Positions 13,443 to 22,428 of a stretch of DNA of 64,000 nucleotides are shown piece by piece; within the stretch, counting starts at the first letter, position 1; each line of letters opens with the position of its first letter. The notes under the pieces are model-generated. The model saw only the letters and a program-made list of their open reading frames with translations, ran no database searches and was not told where the DNA came from. Made by a program: the position numbers and the translations under genes. Origin of the DNA: Pyrodictiaceae archaeon. GTDB taxonomy: Archaea; Thermoproteota; Thermoprotei_A; Sulfolobales; Pyrodictiaceae. The stretch is from assembly GCA_027036135.1 (NCBI GenBank), contig JALVSY010000007.1, forward strand, positions 804,880-868,879, written 5' to 3'.

Positions 13443-14780
13443 ATGACTAGGAAGAAGAGAGTAATAATAATGGGTGCTGGTGGAAGAGACTACCACGTAT
13501 TCAACATGATGTTCCGCAATAATCCGGACTACGAAGTAGTTGCGTTCACAGCAACTCAGATACCTGGCATCGAGTGGAGCAGGTACCCACCAAGCCTAGC
13601 AGGACCCCTGTATCCCGACGGTATACCAATATACCCAGAGGAGTGGCTACCCAAGCTGGTCAAGGATTTCGATGTTGACGAGGTAATACTTGCCTATAGC
13701 GATCTAACATACGATGAAATAGGGCATAAGCTAAGCATAGTGCTAGCTACTGGCGCCGACTTCCGCATAGTTGGTCCACGCGACACGATGATTCCGAGCT
13801 ATAAGCCAGTACTAGCTGTCACCGCGGTAAAGACAGGGGCTGGTAAAAGTACCGTGTCGAGAGCACTTGTCCGCGAGATTAAGAGCAGGAACCTTGTTCC
13901 AGCAGTAGTGAGGCACCCCATGGCCTATGGTGACCTAGAGGCCAAAAACCTCATAGTAATAAAGACCCGAGACGATATATCAAAGTACCCATTGACCATA
14001 GAGGAGAGAGAAGAGTACGAGCCATACATAGACCTAGGAGTCCCTGTCCTAGCGGGAGTAGACTACGGACTCGTTACACGCGAAGCCGAGAAACTAGGAG
14101 ACATAGTACTATGGGATGGAGGAAACAATGACTGGCCATTCATAAAACCGGATCTCTGGATAGTCGTAGCAGACGCTATGAGACCAGGCCTAGAAGCCTC
14201 TACCTTCCCAGGCGAGGTCAATGTACGAGCAGCAGACATGGCGATAATAACAAAGGCTAGCGAAGCCGGAGCAGAGAAAGTGAAGCAGGTAAAAGAGAAC
14301 CTACTAAGGCTGAACCCAAGGCTCGAGATAGCAATCGCTGATCTCGAAGTAACTGTTGACAAGCCCGAAGTGATAAAGGGCAAGAAAGTCGTGGTTGTAG
14401 AGGACTCGCCAACAGTGACGCACGGAGGAGCACCATACGCAGCAGGCTACGTGGCAGCAAAGAAGTATGGGGCAGAGATAGTTGATCCAAAGCCCTATGG
14501 CGTAGGTGTGATAAAAGAGATGTTCGAGACCTATAAACATATGGGGCCTGTAGTACCCTCAACAGGGTATACGGAGAAGCAGCTAAGAGACCTCGAGGAA
14601 ACATTGCGTAGAGTACCAGCTGACGTAATAATAATAGCTAGTCCTGCAAGGATAGAGAACATGATAAATCTTGACAAACCATATGTAAGAGTAAGCTACG
14701 AGCTCAAAGTACTAGAGGGACCAACGCCAAAAGACATCGTTGACAAGCTCTTAGAGAAGCACCCATTGCCGAGTCACTAG
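13443..14780 (+). CDS. COG2403 P-loop protein (cDPG synthetase / arginine synthetase ArcE-like)
   Basis: IMGAGGRDYH.FN, AFTATQIP, KTGAGKST, RHPMAYGD, WDGGNND; ATG at 13443 preferred. Confidence 0.8.
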   Translation: MTRKKRVIIMGAGGRDYHVFNMMFRNNPDYEVVAFTATQIPGIEWSRYPPSLAGPLYPDGIPIYPEEWLPKLVKDFDVDEVILAYSDLTYDEIGHKLSIVLATGADFRIVGPRDTMIPSYKPVLAVTAVKTGAGKSTVSRALVREIKSRNLVPAVVRHPMAYGDLEAKNLIVIKTRDDISKYPLTIEEREEYEPYIDLGVPVLAGVDYGLVTREAEKLGDIVLWDGGNNDWPFIKPDLWIVVADAMRPGLEASTFPGEVNVRAADMAIITKASEAGAEKVKQVKENLLRLNPRLEIAIADLEVTVDKPEVIKGKKVVVVEDSPTVTHGGAPYAAGYVAAKKYGAEIVDPKPYGVGVIKEMFETYKHMGPVVPSTGYTEKQLRDLEETLRRVPADVIIIASPARIENMINLDKPYVRVSYELKVLEGPTPKDIVDKLLEKHPLPSH

Positions 14781-14864
14781 GCCTTTCTTCTTTTCTCCTA
14801 AAACAATCCATATTCTTACAACCAGAGTAACTCCTTCACAGGATTAGAAACAAGCGTATAGTAT

Positions 14865-15734
14865 CTAACCTAGGCCCTCTATCCGGGTTGTTAAGTCAAT
14901 CGGCTTCGCCCAGAACGGCGCGCTAGTGACTATTACGTCAACTCCTGTTACAGCATACTCCTCGATGTTTTTGAGAGAGATCCCTCCACCAACGGCTATT
15001 CTTATATTGTTATTAACTTTACGTATCTTGGTAACCATTTCACGAAGTTCGTCAGGCTCAACATGATCTAGCTGTACCTCGTCAACGACACCACTCCTAG
15101 CAACCTTTAATGCTTCATCGAGACTATCAACCTCGATAACCACTTGGCGCTCACCTATGAGTGAACGAGCTTCCTTGATTTTCTCTAATATTTTGTCTAT
15201 GCCCCTAGCAAGCCTGGTATGGTTGGGGAAGACTAGGACCGTATCGCTTATACCTACACGATGAAGAGTCGCGCCACCACACAGAACACAATGATAGTAG
15301 AGATGACGCAGCCCAGGCGGTGCTTTACGGGCAACAGCTATTACGACCTTGGGGTTTACTTTCTTGGCCTTTTCAACCATTAACCGCGTGTAGGTTGCTA
15401 CTCCAGAGCCTATGGATACGAGTGTCTGTGCTACTCTCCATCCCGCGTGTAATTGCCCGCCGCTGCCTCGTAGCGTCATTATTTCCTGGCCTGGCTCCCC
15501 CCAAGTGCCCTCGGGGGCTTCGTTCTCTACTTCGGCGCCTAGTCTCCTATAGACAGCTCCTGCTTCTTGTAGGCCGCAAATTACAGCCTTCTCGCGGAGC
15601 ACTATATGTGCTCTAGCTGGCTTATCTGCTATGCCTAGTATGGTTGTAGTAAGGTCCATGAAAGGTATATCTTCTCTTATCCATTCATCCACGAGGCTTA
15701 GTGGTAAATGAATTGAGGCCGTGCATCTCCCCAA
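14865..15734 (-). CDS. ModD/NadC-family phosphoribosyltransferase
   Basis: EDIPFMDLTT, RKAPPG, GGATLHRVGISDTVLVFPNH, IEVD and LDH motifs look ModD-like. Confidence 0.8.
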   Translation of the reverse strand: MGRCTASIHLPLSLVDEWIREDIPFMDLTTTILGIADKPARAHIVLREKAVICGLQEAGAVYRRLGAEVENEAPEGTWGEPGQEIMTLRGSGGQLHAGWRVAQTLVSIGSGVATYTRLMVEKAKKVNPKVVIAVARKAPPGLRHLYYHCVLCGGATLHRVGISDTVLVFPNHTRLARGIDKILEKIKEARSLIGERQVVIEVDSLDEALKVARSGVVDEVQLDHVEPDELREMVTKIRKVNNNIRIAVGGGISLKNIEEYAVTGVDVIVTSAPFWAKPIDLTTRIEGLG

Positions 15735-15898
15735 TGAGGACCCCCTCTCTGATGCTATCCTACAGCACCAGTAGTATTTTCAGAGAAAAATAAGTACCAC
15801 ACCATAATCTTTCAAGAAGGAAACACCAATGCCAAGAGGCAATAGACTTAGAATACCTTCTCCGGGAAACGTATGCTTACACCTGGGGTGAAGAAGCC

Positions 15899-16240
15899 CT
15901 GGCAAAGAAGAAGCGGAGACAAGAGGAAGAGAGCAAGAAAGAACTATTGTTACCGAACCCCGAGGAGGGTACAATGCTATGCGTAATCACTAAGATACTT
16001 GGAGCAGACCATGTACTTCTGCGATGTCAGGACGGTGTTGAGCGGAAAGCCAGGATTAAGGGCAGCATGAGGAGAAGGGTCTGGATGAGAGAGGGAGACA
16101 TAGTCCTTGCCGCGCCCTGGGACTTTAAACCGGATAGAGCTGATATAATTCATCGCTATACTCGCGACGAGCTAAAAAGATTAGTAGAAATGGGCATAGT
16201 CTCGGAAGAGCTACTGGAGTTAGCAGAGGAGCTAGCATAG
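15899..16240 (+). CDS. eif1a: Translation initiation factor aIF-1A
   Basis: LGADH..RCQDG..RKARIKG.MRRRVWMREGD; the basic N-tail (MAKKKRR) needs a CTG start at 15899 (track start 15947). Confidence 0.95.
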   Translation: MAKKKRRQEEESKKELLLPNPEEGTMLCVITKILGADHVLLRCQDGVERKARIKGSMRRRVWMREGDIVLAAPWDFKPDRADIIHRYTRDELKRLVEMGIVSEELLELAEELA

Positions 16241-16291
16241 GTATCAGAGAAAACCAAGATGCTTGCTCTTTTTGCGGGGTGCAAGTAGGCC

Positions 16292-17098
16292 CTGGGTAGG
16301 CGTCGTAGAGAGAAGCGGCTTAAGGACAAGGATCTTTTTGAAACAGTCGAAGAGGTCTGGGACGCACAGACCCTTATGGCCGCCTACGAGGTAATGAGGC
16401 GGCTGCGCCTCGATAGATTCGCTGGCGTCGTGAGCGCCGGTAAAGAGGCGAGAGTATACAGGGCAATAGGGCGTGACGGCACTGAGTACGCTGTTAAGAT
16501 CTACCTAACAGCTACAGCCGAGTTCCGCAAAAGCATATACAAGTACCTCCTAGGTGACCCAAGGTTCCAGAACGTTGACGTGAGTAACACTAAGAAATTA
16601 TTCGCGGCATGGGCCCGTAAAGAGTTCCGCAACCTTAAGAGAATGTACGAGGCTGGTGTAAGTGTTCCTAGGCCTTATCTAGTCTATCAGAACATAATAG
16701 TTATGGAGTTTATAGGTAGAAACGGGCTCAGAGCACCACTTCTACACGAGATACAGAACAAGCTAGACACCGACGAGGCAGAGGAAATCTATTGGCAAGT
16801 AGTCAATAACTATAGGAGGATTTATTGCTGCGCAAAACTAGTCCACGCCGACATGAGCGAGTACAACATAATGCTCCTAGATAACAAAGTCTATATAATA
16901 GACGTGGCCCAGGCTGTTAGCCTAGAACACCCTAACGCAAGCGACTTCCTCCGCAACGATGCACGTAACATATCCAGGTTCTTCTCCAAGCTAGGCGTTA
17001 CGAGCGCAAATAGCCCCGAACAAATACTCAAAGAAATAACTTTATGCGAGAACATAGAGTGCCCGGAGCCTAGGGAGAAGAAAGCGGGAAAGCAATAA
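16292..17098 (+). CDS. rio1: RIO1-family serine kinase
   Basis: SAGKEARVY, AVKIY, WARKEFRNL, LVHADMSEYN, IIDVAQAV; the N-terminal DLFETVEEVWD segment needs CTG at 16292 (track start 16376). Confidence 0.93.
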   Translation: MGRRRREKRLKDKDLFETVEEVWDAQTLMAAYEVMRRLRLDRFAGVVSAGKEARVYRAIGRDGTEYAVKIYLTATAEFRKSIYKYLLGDPRFQNVDVSNTKKLFAAWARKEFRNLKRMYEAGVSVPRPYLVYQNIIVMEFIGRNGLRAPLLHEIQNKLDTDEAEEIYWQVVNNYRRIYCCAKLVHADMSEYNIMLLDNKVYIIDVAQAVSLEHPNASDFLRNDARNISRFFSKLGVTSANSPEQILKEITLCENIECPEPREKKAGKQ

Positions 17099-17140
17099 CC
17101 ACGCCTCCTTCTCCCAGTACACCGGGGGTGCGACAAGGAG

Positions 17141-17761
17141 ATGGAGAGCAGAGAGCAAGTAAGACAAGCAAAGAGCTACGCAATGCCGCCTAGCCTCCGC
17201 CTCTACGCAAAGATACCGCCAGAGAGAATAGGCGTACTCATAGGTGAAGGAGGAAAGGTAAAAACAGAGGTTATGCGCAGGACAAGGACAAGGATAACCG
17301 TTGATAGCACTACCGGGATGGTCATTATAGAGCCAGAGGCACCAGACGTAACACCATTCATGGTGATGAAGGCCCAGGAATTCGTGAAAGCAATAGCATA
17401 TGGCTTTAGCCCGGAAAGAGCCATGAGGGTTCTCGACGAGGATCAAATACTAGTCGTTATAGATCTAAAACAGCACGTAGGCGATAGCCCTAATCACCTC
17501 CAGAGAATCAAGGGGAGAATAATCGGGGAGAAGGGGAAAGCTAGGAAAACCATAGAGGAGATGACTGGCACATACATATCGGTTTACGACCACTACGTAG
17601 CGATAATAGGTGACTACGAGACAGCAAACATAGCTAAACAAGCCATAGAGATGCTAATACAAGGCAGGCAACACAGCACAGTATACAGGTTCCTTGAACG
17701 GGCTATGTTCACGCTGCGTAGAGAGCGAATGACACGACTATGGGAGAAACCTTACCCCTAA
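17141..17761 (+). CDS. KH-domain pre-rRNA processing protein (Dim2/Pno1)
   Basis: RIGVLIG..G, AIAYGFSPERA, RIKGRIIG..GK; conserved aIF1A-rio1-KH order. Confidence 0.92.
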   Translation: MESREQVRQAKSYAMPPSLRLYAKIPPERIGVLIGEGGKVKTEVMRRTRTRITVDSTTGMVIIEPEAPDVTPFMVMKAQEFVKAIAYGFSPERAMRVLDEDQILVVIDLKQHVGDSPNHLQRIKGRIIGEKGKARKTIEEMTGTYISVYDHYVAIIGDYETANIAKQAIEMLIQGRQHSTVYRFLERAMFTLRRERMTRLWEKPYP

Positions 17762-17800
17762 TCCTCCTTATTTCAAGCCAAAAATATCAAATTACATATT

Positions 17801-17880
17801 GATTGTGAGGAGGGCCTGGATTACTGACCCTTTTGGAGTAAGGCTGGCTTGGGGATGAGGACTCTCCCGAAGACCGAGTC
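17801..17880 (+). ncRNA. C/D box guide sRNA candidate
   Basis: GTGAGGA-12nt-CTGA ... ATGAGGA-12nt-CCGA; the D guide is complementary to recalled 23S CUUCGGGAGA. Confidence 0.65.
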
Positions 17881-19184
17881 TAGCTAGATAGACTAGATAA
17901 TTTGTTTATTATTGAGTCTATTGTTGCTATATCCGTGTCGCTTAGTTTCACTATTATGTAGTAGCTTAGCTTTTCCGAGTCGAATACTAGTAGCGGAAGC
18001 TGGCCTGCAAGCTCGAAGGCCTTGATCCGTACTATATTGCTCTGATTTATTATTCGGTTCGTGTAGGTGTTCGTTTTATTACTACACATTGTTACGAGCT
18101 TGTTATATGCGTGTATGGGATCTAGGTGTCTTGATGCAATATCTCTATACATTATTAATGAACTACCATTCAGTGCTGGCTCGTATGCCATAAAGCCGAG
18201 GCCTATCTTCCCTTCATCATAGAGCCTTAAGACGTGTTGTAGCTGTGTACTAGATGATAATGAGCATAGTTGCTCCGGGTTACCAATAATTACTAGTATG
18301 GTGACATTCCTCTTAGTAGTCGAGATATTGAGCAAGGCGTTCTTAGTTATGGCTTCCTTCTTAATCCCTACTGCTCTGACTATTCTTAAGTCGTAGAGTA
18401 GCCAACCCATGCGCTTAAAGGTGTATAGATTATCGCTTATCTTTATCAGTGATGACATGAATTCTGTGAGATCATACTTGCTCCTAAGTATTGGGATGGG
18501 GTAAATGCTCCACGACGGGAACGTGTAGTTGTCTCTAACGATCTTCGCTGTTTCTATCTTTGTTGCAGCACGAATCGATAACTCTGGTAGTTCGGAGAAG
18601 AGCTGGGCCTTCTTGACAACAAGTATGTTGGGCAATGGATCCGCTACTAGGAGGAGTGCTTCCCTGTTAAAGCGAGGCGCGAGCATATTTTCGCCGCCAT
18701 AGCTGTAGGCATCATAGGCTAGTCTTGCGCATAGATCCGCCCTTACGGGGAAATATTTACCATTAACTGTCTTGTTTACAAGCATGTCTCTAAGGATCTT
18801 AGCGGGTTTCCCTCTAACCACTATATAGGGGTAAACTGGTAATCCATGAATCCCTATATCGTCTTCGTGAGCAATACAATACTTTGTGTCAAGGGGTAGC
18901 TGGGCAGCCCACTCGGCGCTAATCTGGAGGAGTATATGCTCGGCTAGGAGGCCTTGCTTATCAGTATAAACAACTATTACTGCATTCTTAGCGGATAAGC
19001 ATCCAGGAGTCGTTATTCTCGGGCTAGTCCACCAAGCCCACCAAATCACCGCCAATAGTGTAGCCAGTATAGTGATTCCTGCAAGAAGGAGAGCTGTTTC
19101 CTTTTTCACAACATGTTCCCGGGAAACAAAGCTTCCAGAATAACCGTAATAACCCCGCTGCAAGCAAGGATAGAGATAGTACAT
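17880..19184 (-). CDS. Membrane-anchored hypothetical protein, possible degenerate DsbA/thioredoxin-like domain
   Basis: N-terminal TM helix (ALLLAGITILATLLAVIWWAWW); long ORF; true start probably lies downstream of 19184. Confidence 0.6.
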   Translation of the reverse strand: MYYLYPCLQRGYYGYSGSFVSREHVVKKETALLLAGITILATLLAVIWWAWWTSPRITTPGCLSAKNAVIVVYTDKQGLLAEHILLQISAEWAAQLPLDTKYCIAHEDDIGIHGLPVYPYIVVRGKPAKILRDMLVNKTVNGKYFPVRADLCARLAYDAYSYGGENMLAPRFNREALLLVADPLPNILVVKKAQLFSELPELSIRAATKIETAKIVRDNYTFPSWSIYPIPILRSKYDLTEFMSSLIKISDNLYTFKRMGWLLYDLRIVRAVGIKKEAITKNALLNISTTKRNVTILVIIGNPEQLCSLSSSTQLQHVLRLYDEGKIGLGFMAYEPALNGSSLIMYRDIASRHLDPIHAYNKLVTMCSNKTNTYTNRIINQSNIVRIKAFELAGQLPLLVFDSEKLSYYIIVKLSDTDIATIDSIINKLSSLSS

Positions 19185-19195
19185 GGGTGCTGTGA

Positions 19196-19320
19196 GGGGC
19201 CGTCGTCTAGCTTGGTCCAGGATGCCGGCCTGGGGACCAGTCCCCGCTAGGGCCGGTGTCCCCGGCCCTGCGTGGCCGGAGCGCCGGTGATCCCGGGTTC
19301 AAATCCCGGCGGCCCCACCA
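19196..19320 (+). tRNA. tRNA-Pro(GGG) with 46-nt intron (19236-19281) at 37/38 and encoded CCA
   Basis: Acceptor GGGGCCG/CGGCCCC-ACCA, T loop GTTCAAATC, anticodon stem CCGGC/GCCGG; bulge-helix-bulge with a CUGG/CCGG central helix. Confidence 0.95.
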
Positions 19321-19483
19321 CTTCATAGTCTTTTGGCTTTGTTTTTATTCCCATTCTTGCTAACTATATGCATTTGTTGTCTTAATATTAATTAGTTTTT
19401 CTTACAATACCTCATAGTATAAGTAGTTCCCCAAGCACAGTAGATAGTCGGGATACGCACAAAGCTCCGTTTTCTATAGTGGG

Positions 19484-19750
19484 TTGTTCTCAATGATGAA
19501 TTCCAGGGCTTCAATGAGTATACGTATCGGAGTATTCATATCCGTCTTTGTGGCCATGTTCTTACTCATCTTTATACCATTTACATCAACTTGTGTACCG
19601 GGAGAACTCGTTGATCCCAGGGCCTTTTTGTCTAACCCGGATTGTAGGGCTTCCTCGGTTACAGCTATTCTTTTCTCTATGAGCATAGCCTTCGCTGGTG
19701 CCTGGCTAGCTTATGGCTTAACGGCTAAGCGCTACCTCTACACCTTATAG
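19484..19750 (+). CDS. Small two-TM membrane protein
   Basis: Two hydrophobic segments flanking a Cys-bounded loop. Confidence 0.5.
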   Translation: MFSMMNSRASMSIRIGVFISVFVAMFLLIFIPFTSTCVPGELVDPRAFLSNPDCRASSVTAILFSMSIAFAGAWLAYGLTAKRYLYTL

Positions 19751-20394
19751 CAGGAGCTGCTCAGCATCGGATTCGCTGCACCTTGGCTCCATTCTTGATG
19801 CAACCAGCATACCCATTGATGTTGGTACAATAATTGATAACCAAGACCTCTTTGATGCTTCTTCGAAGAAGCCAGTTGGAGGCCTTGGTACAAACGCGTT
19901 ATGGAAAAGCACCAAGCCCCTAGGCTTAAGCTTGTAGGCGAGCAAACGAAGAGCCTTAGCATAGGCACCTTTGTCTATATCAACAAATGCTATATCCACC
20001 GAACAATCCTCCACTCTCTCTCTAGGTAAGTAGTCGCATCACCCTCCACTACATCTATAATTACGCGACTTGACTTCATTTGTATCTCGCTAAGTACTTT
20101 GCGCGCATAGTGGGCCAGTATTGGGTCACGCTCTACAGCTACTATACGGCATCTTTTACGCATCTCCTCGCAGACAGGCTTAGCACCCATTAATAGCCAT
20201 AACGTAGAGTAACCAATTCCAGCTCCTAGATCTAGGAGAAAGAGGTCATTCGCGCCTCTTAGAGCATAGGCGTGACTTATGCTCTGTATCACGACGCCAT
20301 CTTCTTCCTCAATCGAGGGTATACCTAGCCGTGCTGACACTTCTGCTACGCGTTTAATGTATTGATACAGATTTTCATCCCAGTGTAGCGGCAT
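19745..20394 (-). pseudogene. Class I SAM-dependent O-methyltransferase, frameshifted
   Basis: The 5' ORF has LDLGAGIGYS, AVERD and EGDA; the 3' ORF has DIAFVDIDK..LKPRGLVLFHN; deleting one AG from (AG)5 at 20014-20023 joins them. Confidence 0.8.
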
Positions 20395-20409
20395 AACCGC
20401 CTCTCCTTC

Positions 20410-20870
20410 CTAGGGTTTTAATAATATTAACACAGCTGATAAAAGAACCATTATGGCCTCTAGTGTTGGCAGCAATGATGGACTCTCGCCAAGCAATATA
20501 CAGGCTAGCATTGTCGCGCCTATTGGTTCAAGCAACGAGACGATAGTAACTCGTATGCTTTTACAAGGGAAAGAACACATACATATAATAGGGTATTATC
20601 ATAGTGGAGATCCTAAGCAGAATACCCCTGCTAGGTCATAGGCATTAGGGATTCACGCTTGGGCACATTACCAGTGGTACCTCTAGTGCTGCAAAGAGAG
20701 CTGGATATAGAGCCCGGTTTCTACAATACTGATACCTTCGCGAGAGGGCTTAGCGAACAAATAATAAGCAATACCCGAGCCAAGCTCATAAGCAGACCTA
20801 TTTTCTCCTAGCTAAGGCATTAACATTAAACCCAAGTAGAACAATAAACCTATTATTACTGGGATCCGTA
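20410..20870 (-). pseudogene. Decayed EamA/DMT-family transporter remnant
   Basis: Manual translation gives VTIVSLLEPIGATMLACILLGESPSLL...AVLILLKP* with upstream hydrophobic fragments broken by stops and frameshifts; 5' limit is approximate. Confidence 0.6.
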
Positions 20871-20887
20871 GGGCACTACTAGTACTC

Positions 20888-20950
20888 TGCCTATGAGGAG
20901 GCCCGGCTTCAGCCGAGACCGTGATGCCCTGGGGGACGAAAGCCGAGGCA
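20888..20950 (+). ncRNA. C/D box guide sRNA candidate
   Basis: TGCC-T-ATGAGGA-13nt-CCGA-gacc-GTGATGC-15nt-CCGA-GGCA with a TGCC/GGCA terminal stem. Confidence 0.6.
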
Positions 20951-20985
20951 AAAAGGTGCCCTTGCTCGATACAGTGTGCTGCTTA

Positions 20986-21534
20986 TTACTTAGGGTCGAG
21001 CTTTGGAGGTGTTACTCCCCTCTGTCCTTGATATTTCCCGCTGTAGGGCTTTGCTACCGGGCTTGTGGTCTTCACGAAGAGTACATGGAGGAATCTTTGA
21101 CCAGGATAGAGTCTTATTGGGTAAGCAGAGCCTATGATCTCTATTGTTACTTGGCCGCAGAATCCCGCGTCAATAACCGTTGGTGGGACAAAGAGTCCTA
21201 GACGCGCGAATGTGCTTCTAACATTTACTAATCCAACTAAATCGTCTGGTAGACAAACTGTTTCAAGTGTCGTAGCGAGTACATGTTCATACGGGTTAAT
21301 AGTTATGCCCTTATCTGGGCTGGCTTTACGACATATGTAGTAACGTCCCTTGTCAAAGGGCTTTTTTGTGTCAAGCTCTGGTGCCTTGCTGTTAAAACGA
21401 CAGAATTCTTCCCCAAGGTGAAGGTCAACGCCGTTTTCTCTTATCGTGTCTTCAAACAAGGGCTCTATACGTAGCAAGTTTTTCTCAATGTACCAGGCTA
21501 TGTCTCTATCAGAGAGTATCAAGACATATATCAC
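20986..21534 (-). CDS. dcd: dCTP deaminase
   Basis: ENGVDLHLG, RSTFARLG, IDAGFCGQVTIE, YSGKYQGQRGVT. Confidence 0.95.
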   Translation of the reverse strand: MIYVLILSDRDIAWYIEKNLLRIEPLFEDTIRENGVDLHLGEEFCRFNSKAPELDTKKPFDKGRYYICRKASPDKGITINPYEHVLATTLETVCLPDDLVGLVNVRSTFARLGLFVPPTVIDAGFCGQVTIEIIGSAYPIRLYPGQRFLHVLFVKTTSPVAKPYSGKYQGQRGVTPPKLDPK

Positions 21535-21615
21535 CCTCTTAGCTCATAGTATTGTGAGACGTTATCGCGCTTATTCTTTGCACTCTCCCTTGGCGATTCT
21601 TCCTAGAAAGCTTAG

Positions 21616-22356
21616 TCATATAAGAGGAATAGGGGTTATGGATTTCGCGTTGCTGGCGTATTCTGAGCGATTTGGGCAATTCCAGGTACTTATCCCGCAG
21701 CACTCTATTCTAATTATTGACCCGTTGGGTGTTTTTAAGAGGAGGGCTCCACTTGGCGCTAGTCCCAGTGCCACTCCGCTTAATTCTCCTTTTTCTGTTA
21801 CTACGTGTACATTGCAGCCTCTTAGGAGGTCTCTTCTTGACGCTTCCCATAAGCAGTCCTCGGGTGTCACTAATGCTCTTCCAATCCCCTTTATTATTGC
21901 TGCATAGACCTCGCCTAGTCCTCCCCGGAAACCATAGCTTGATAACCGGGTGCCTCCAGGGGGTATGGGGTTATACACGTTGATACCTACACCGATGCGT
22001 AACAAGTTCCTTCTGTAAGTTACAAGTATTCCGCCTAGTTTTCCTCGCCCTATGTAGAGGTCATTTGGCCACTTTACTCGGATTATTCGCTTCGTTGATT
22101 TCGGTAGCAGTCTCTCAACCTCTTCCGCAACGCATCCTCCGGTTGCGACCGGTAACCATATGGGAGGAGGACCGTGTTGGGTAACGAAGGTGAGCCATGC
22201 GCCTCCTCTAGGGCTTATCCATTTACCACTTCTTCCTCTGCCCCTTAGCTGTTCTAGGGCTATTACGACGCCTGGAAGCTCTGGAGGAGCAAGTCTCATT
22301 GTAGTATCTACTCGGTCATATATCTCAATGCTCTGAGGCTCAAGTACTACTTCCAA
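21616..22356 (-). CDS. birA: Biotin-protein ligase
   Basis: Q..GRGRSGKW.SP.GG, VKWPNDL, KLGGILV, GVGINV; no N-terminal HTH. Confidence 0.9.
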   Translation of the reverse strand: MEVVLEPQSIEIYDRVDTTMRLAPPELPGVVIALEQLRGRGRSGKWISPRGGAWLTFVTQHGPPPIWLPVATGGCVAEEVERLLPKSTKRIIRVKWPNDLYIGRGKLGGILVTYRRNLLRIGVGINVYNPIPPGGTRLSSYGFRGGLGEVYAAIIKGIGRALVTPEDCLWEASRRDLLRGCNVHVVTEKGELSGVALGLAPSGALLLKTPNGSIIRIECCGISTWNCPNRSEYASNAKSITPIPLI

Positions 22357-22428
22357 GGTGATGGCCCCACATCTTTATATACGACGGATGTCGAGGGTCT
22401 GTATCGCCAAAAGTCTAAACCTTTAAAT

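Noticed and set aside
15734-15752. ATGAGGA-8nt-CTGA box pair
   Set aside because: The guide is too short, there is no second box pair, and it coincides with the SD region of the minus-strand gene.
20901-20946. Hammerhead-like pattern (CGGCTT...GTGATG...GACGAAAGCCG)
   Set aside because: The core reads GTGATGC, not CTGANGA, and stem I cannot form; a C/D sRNA explains the sequence better.
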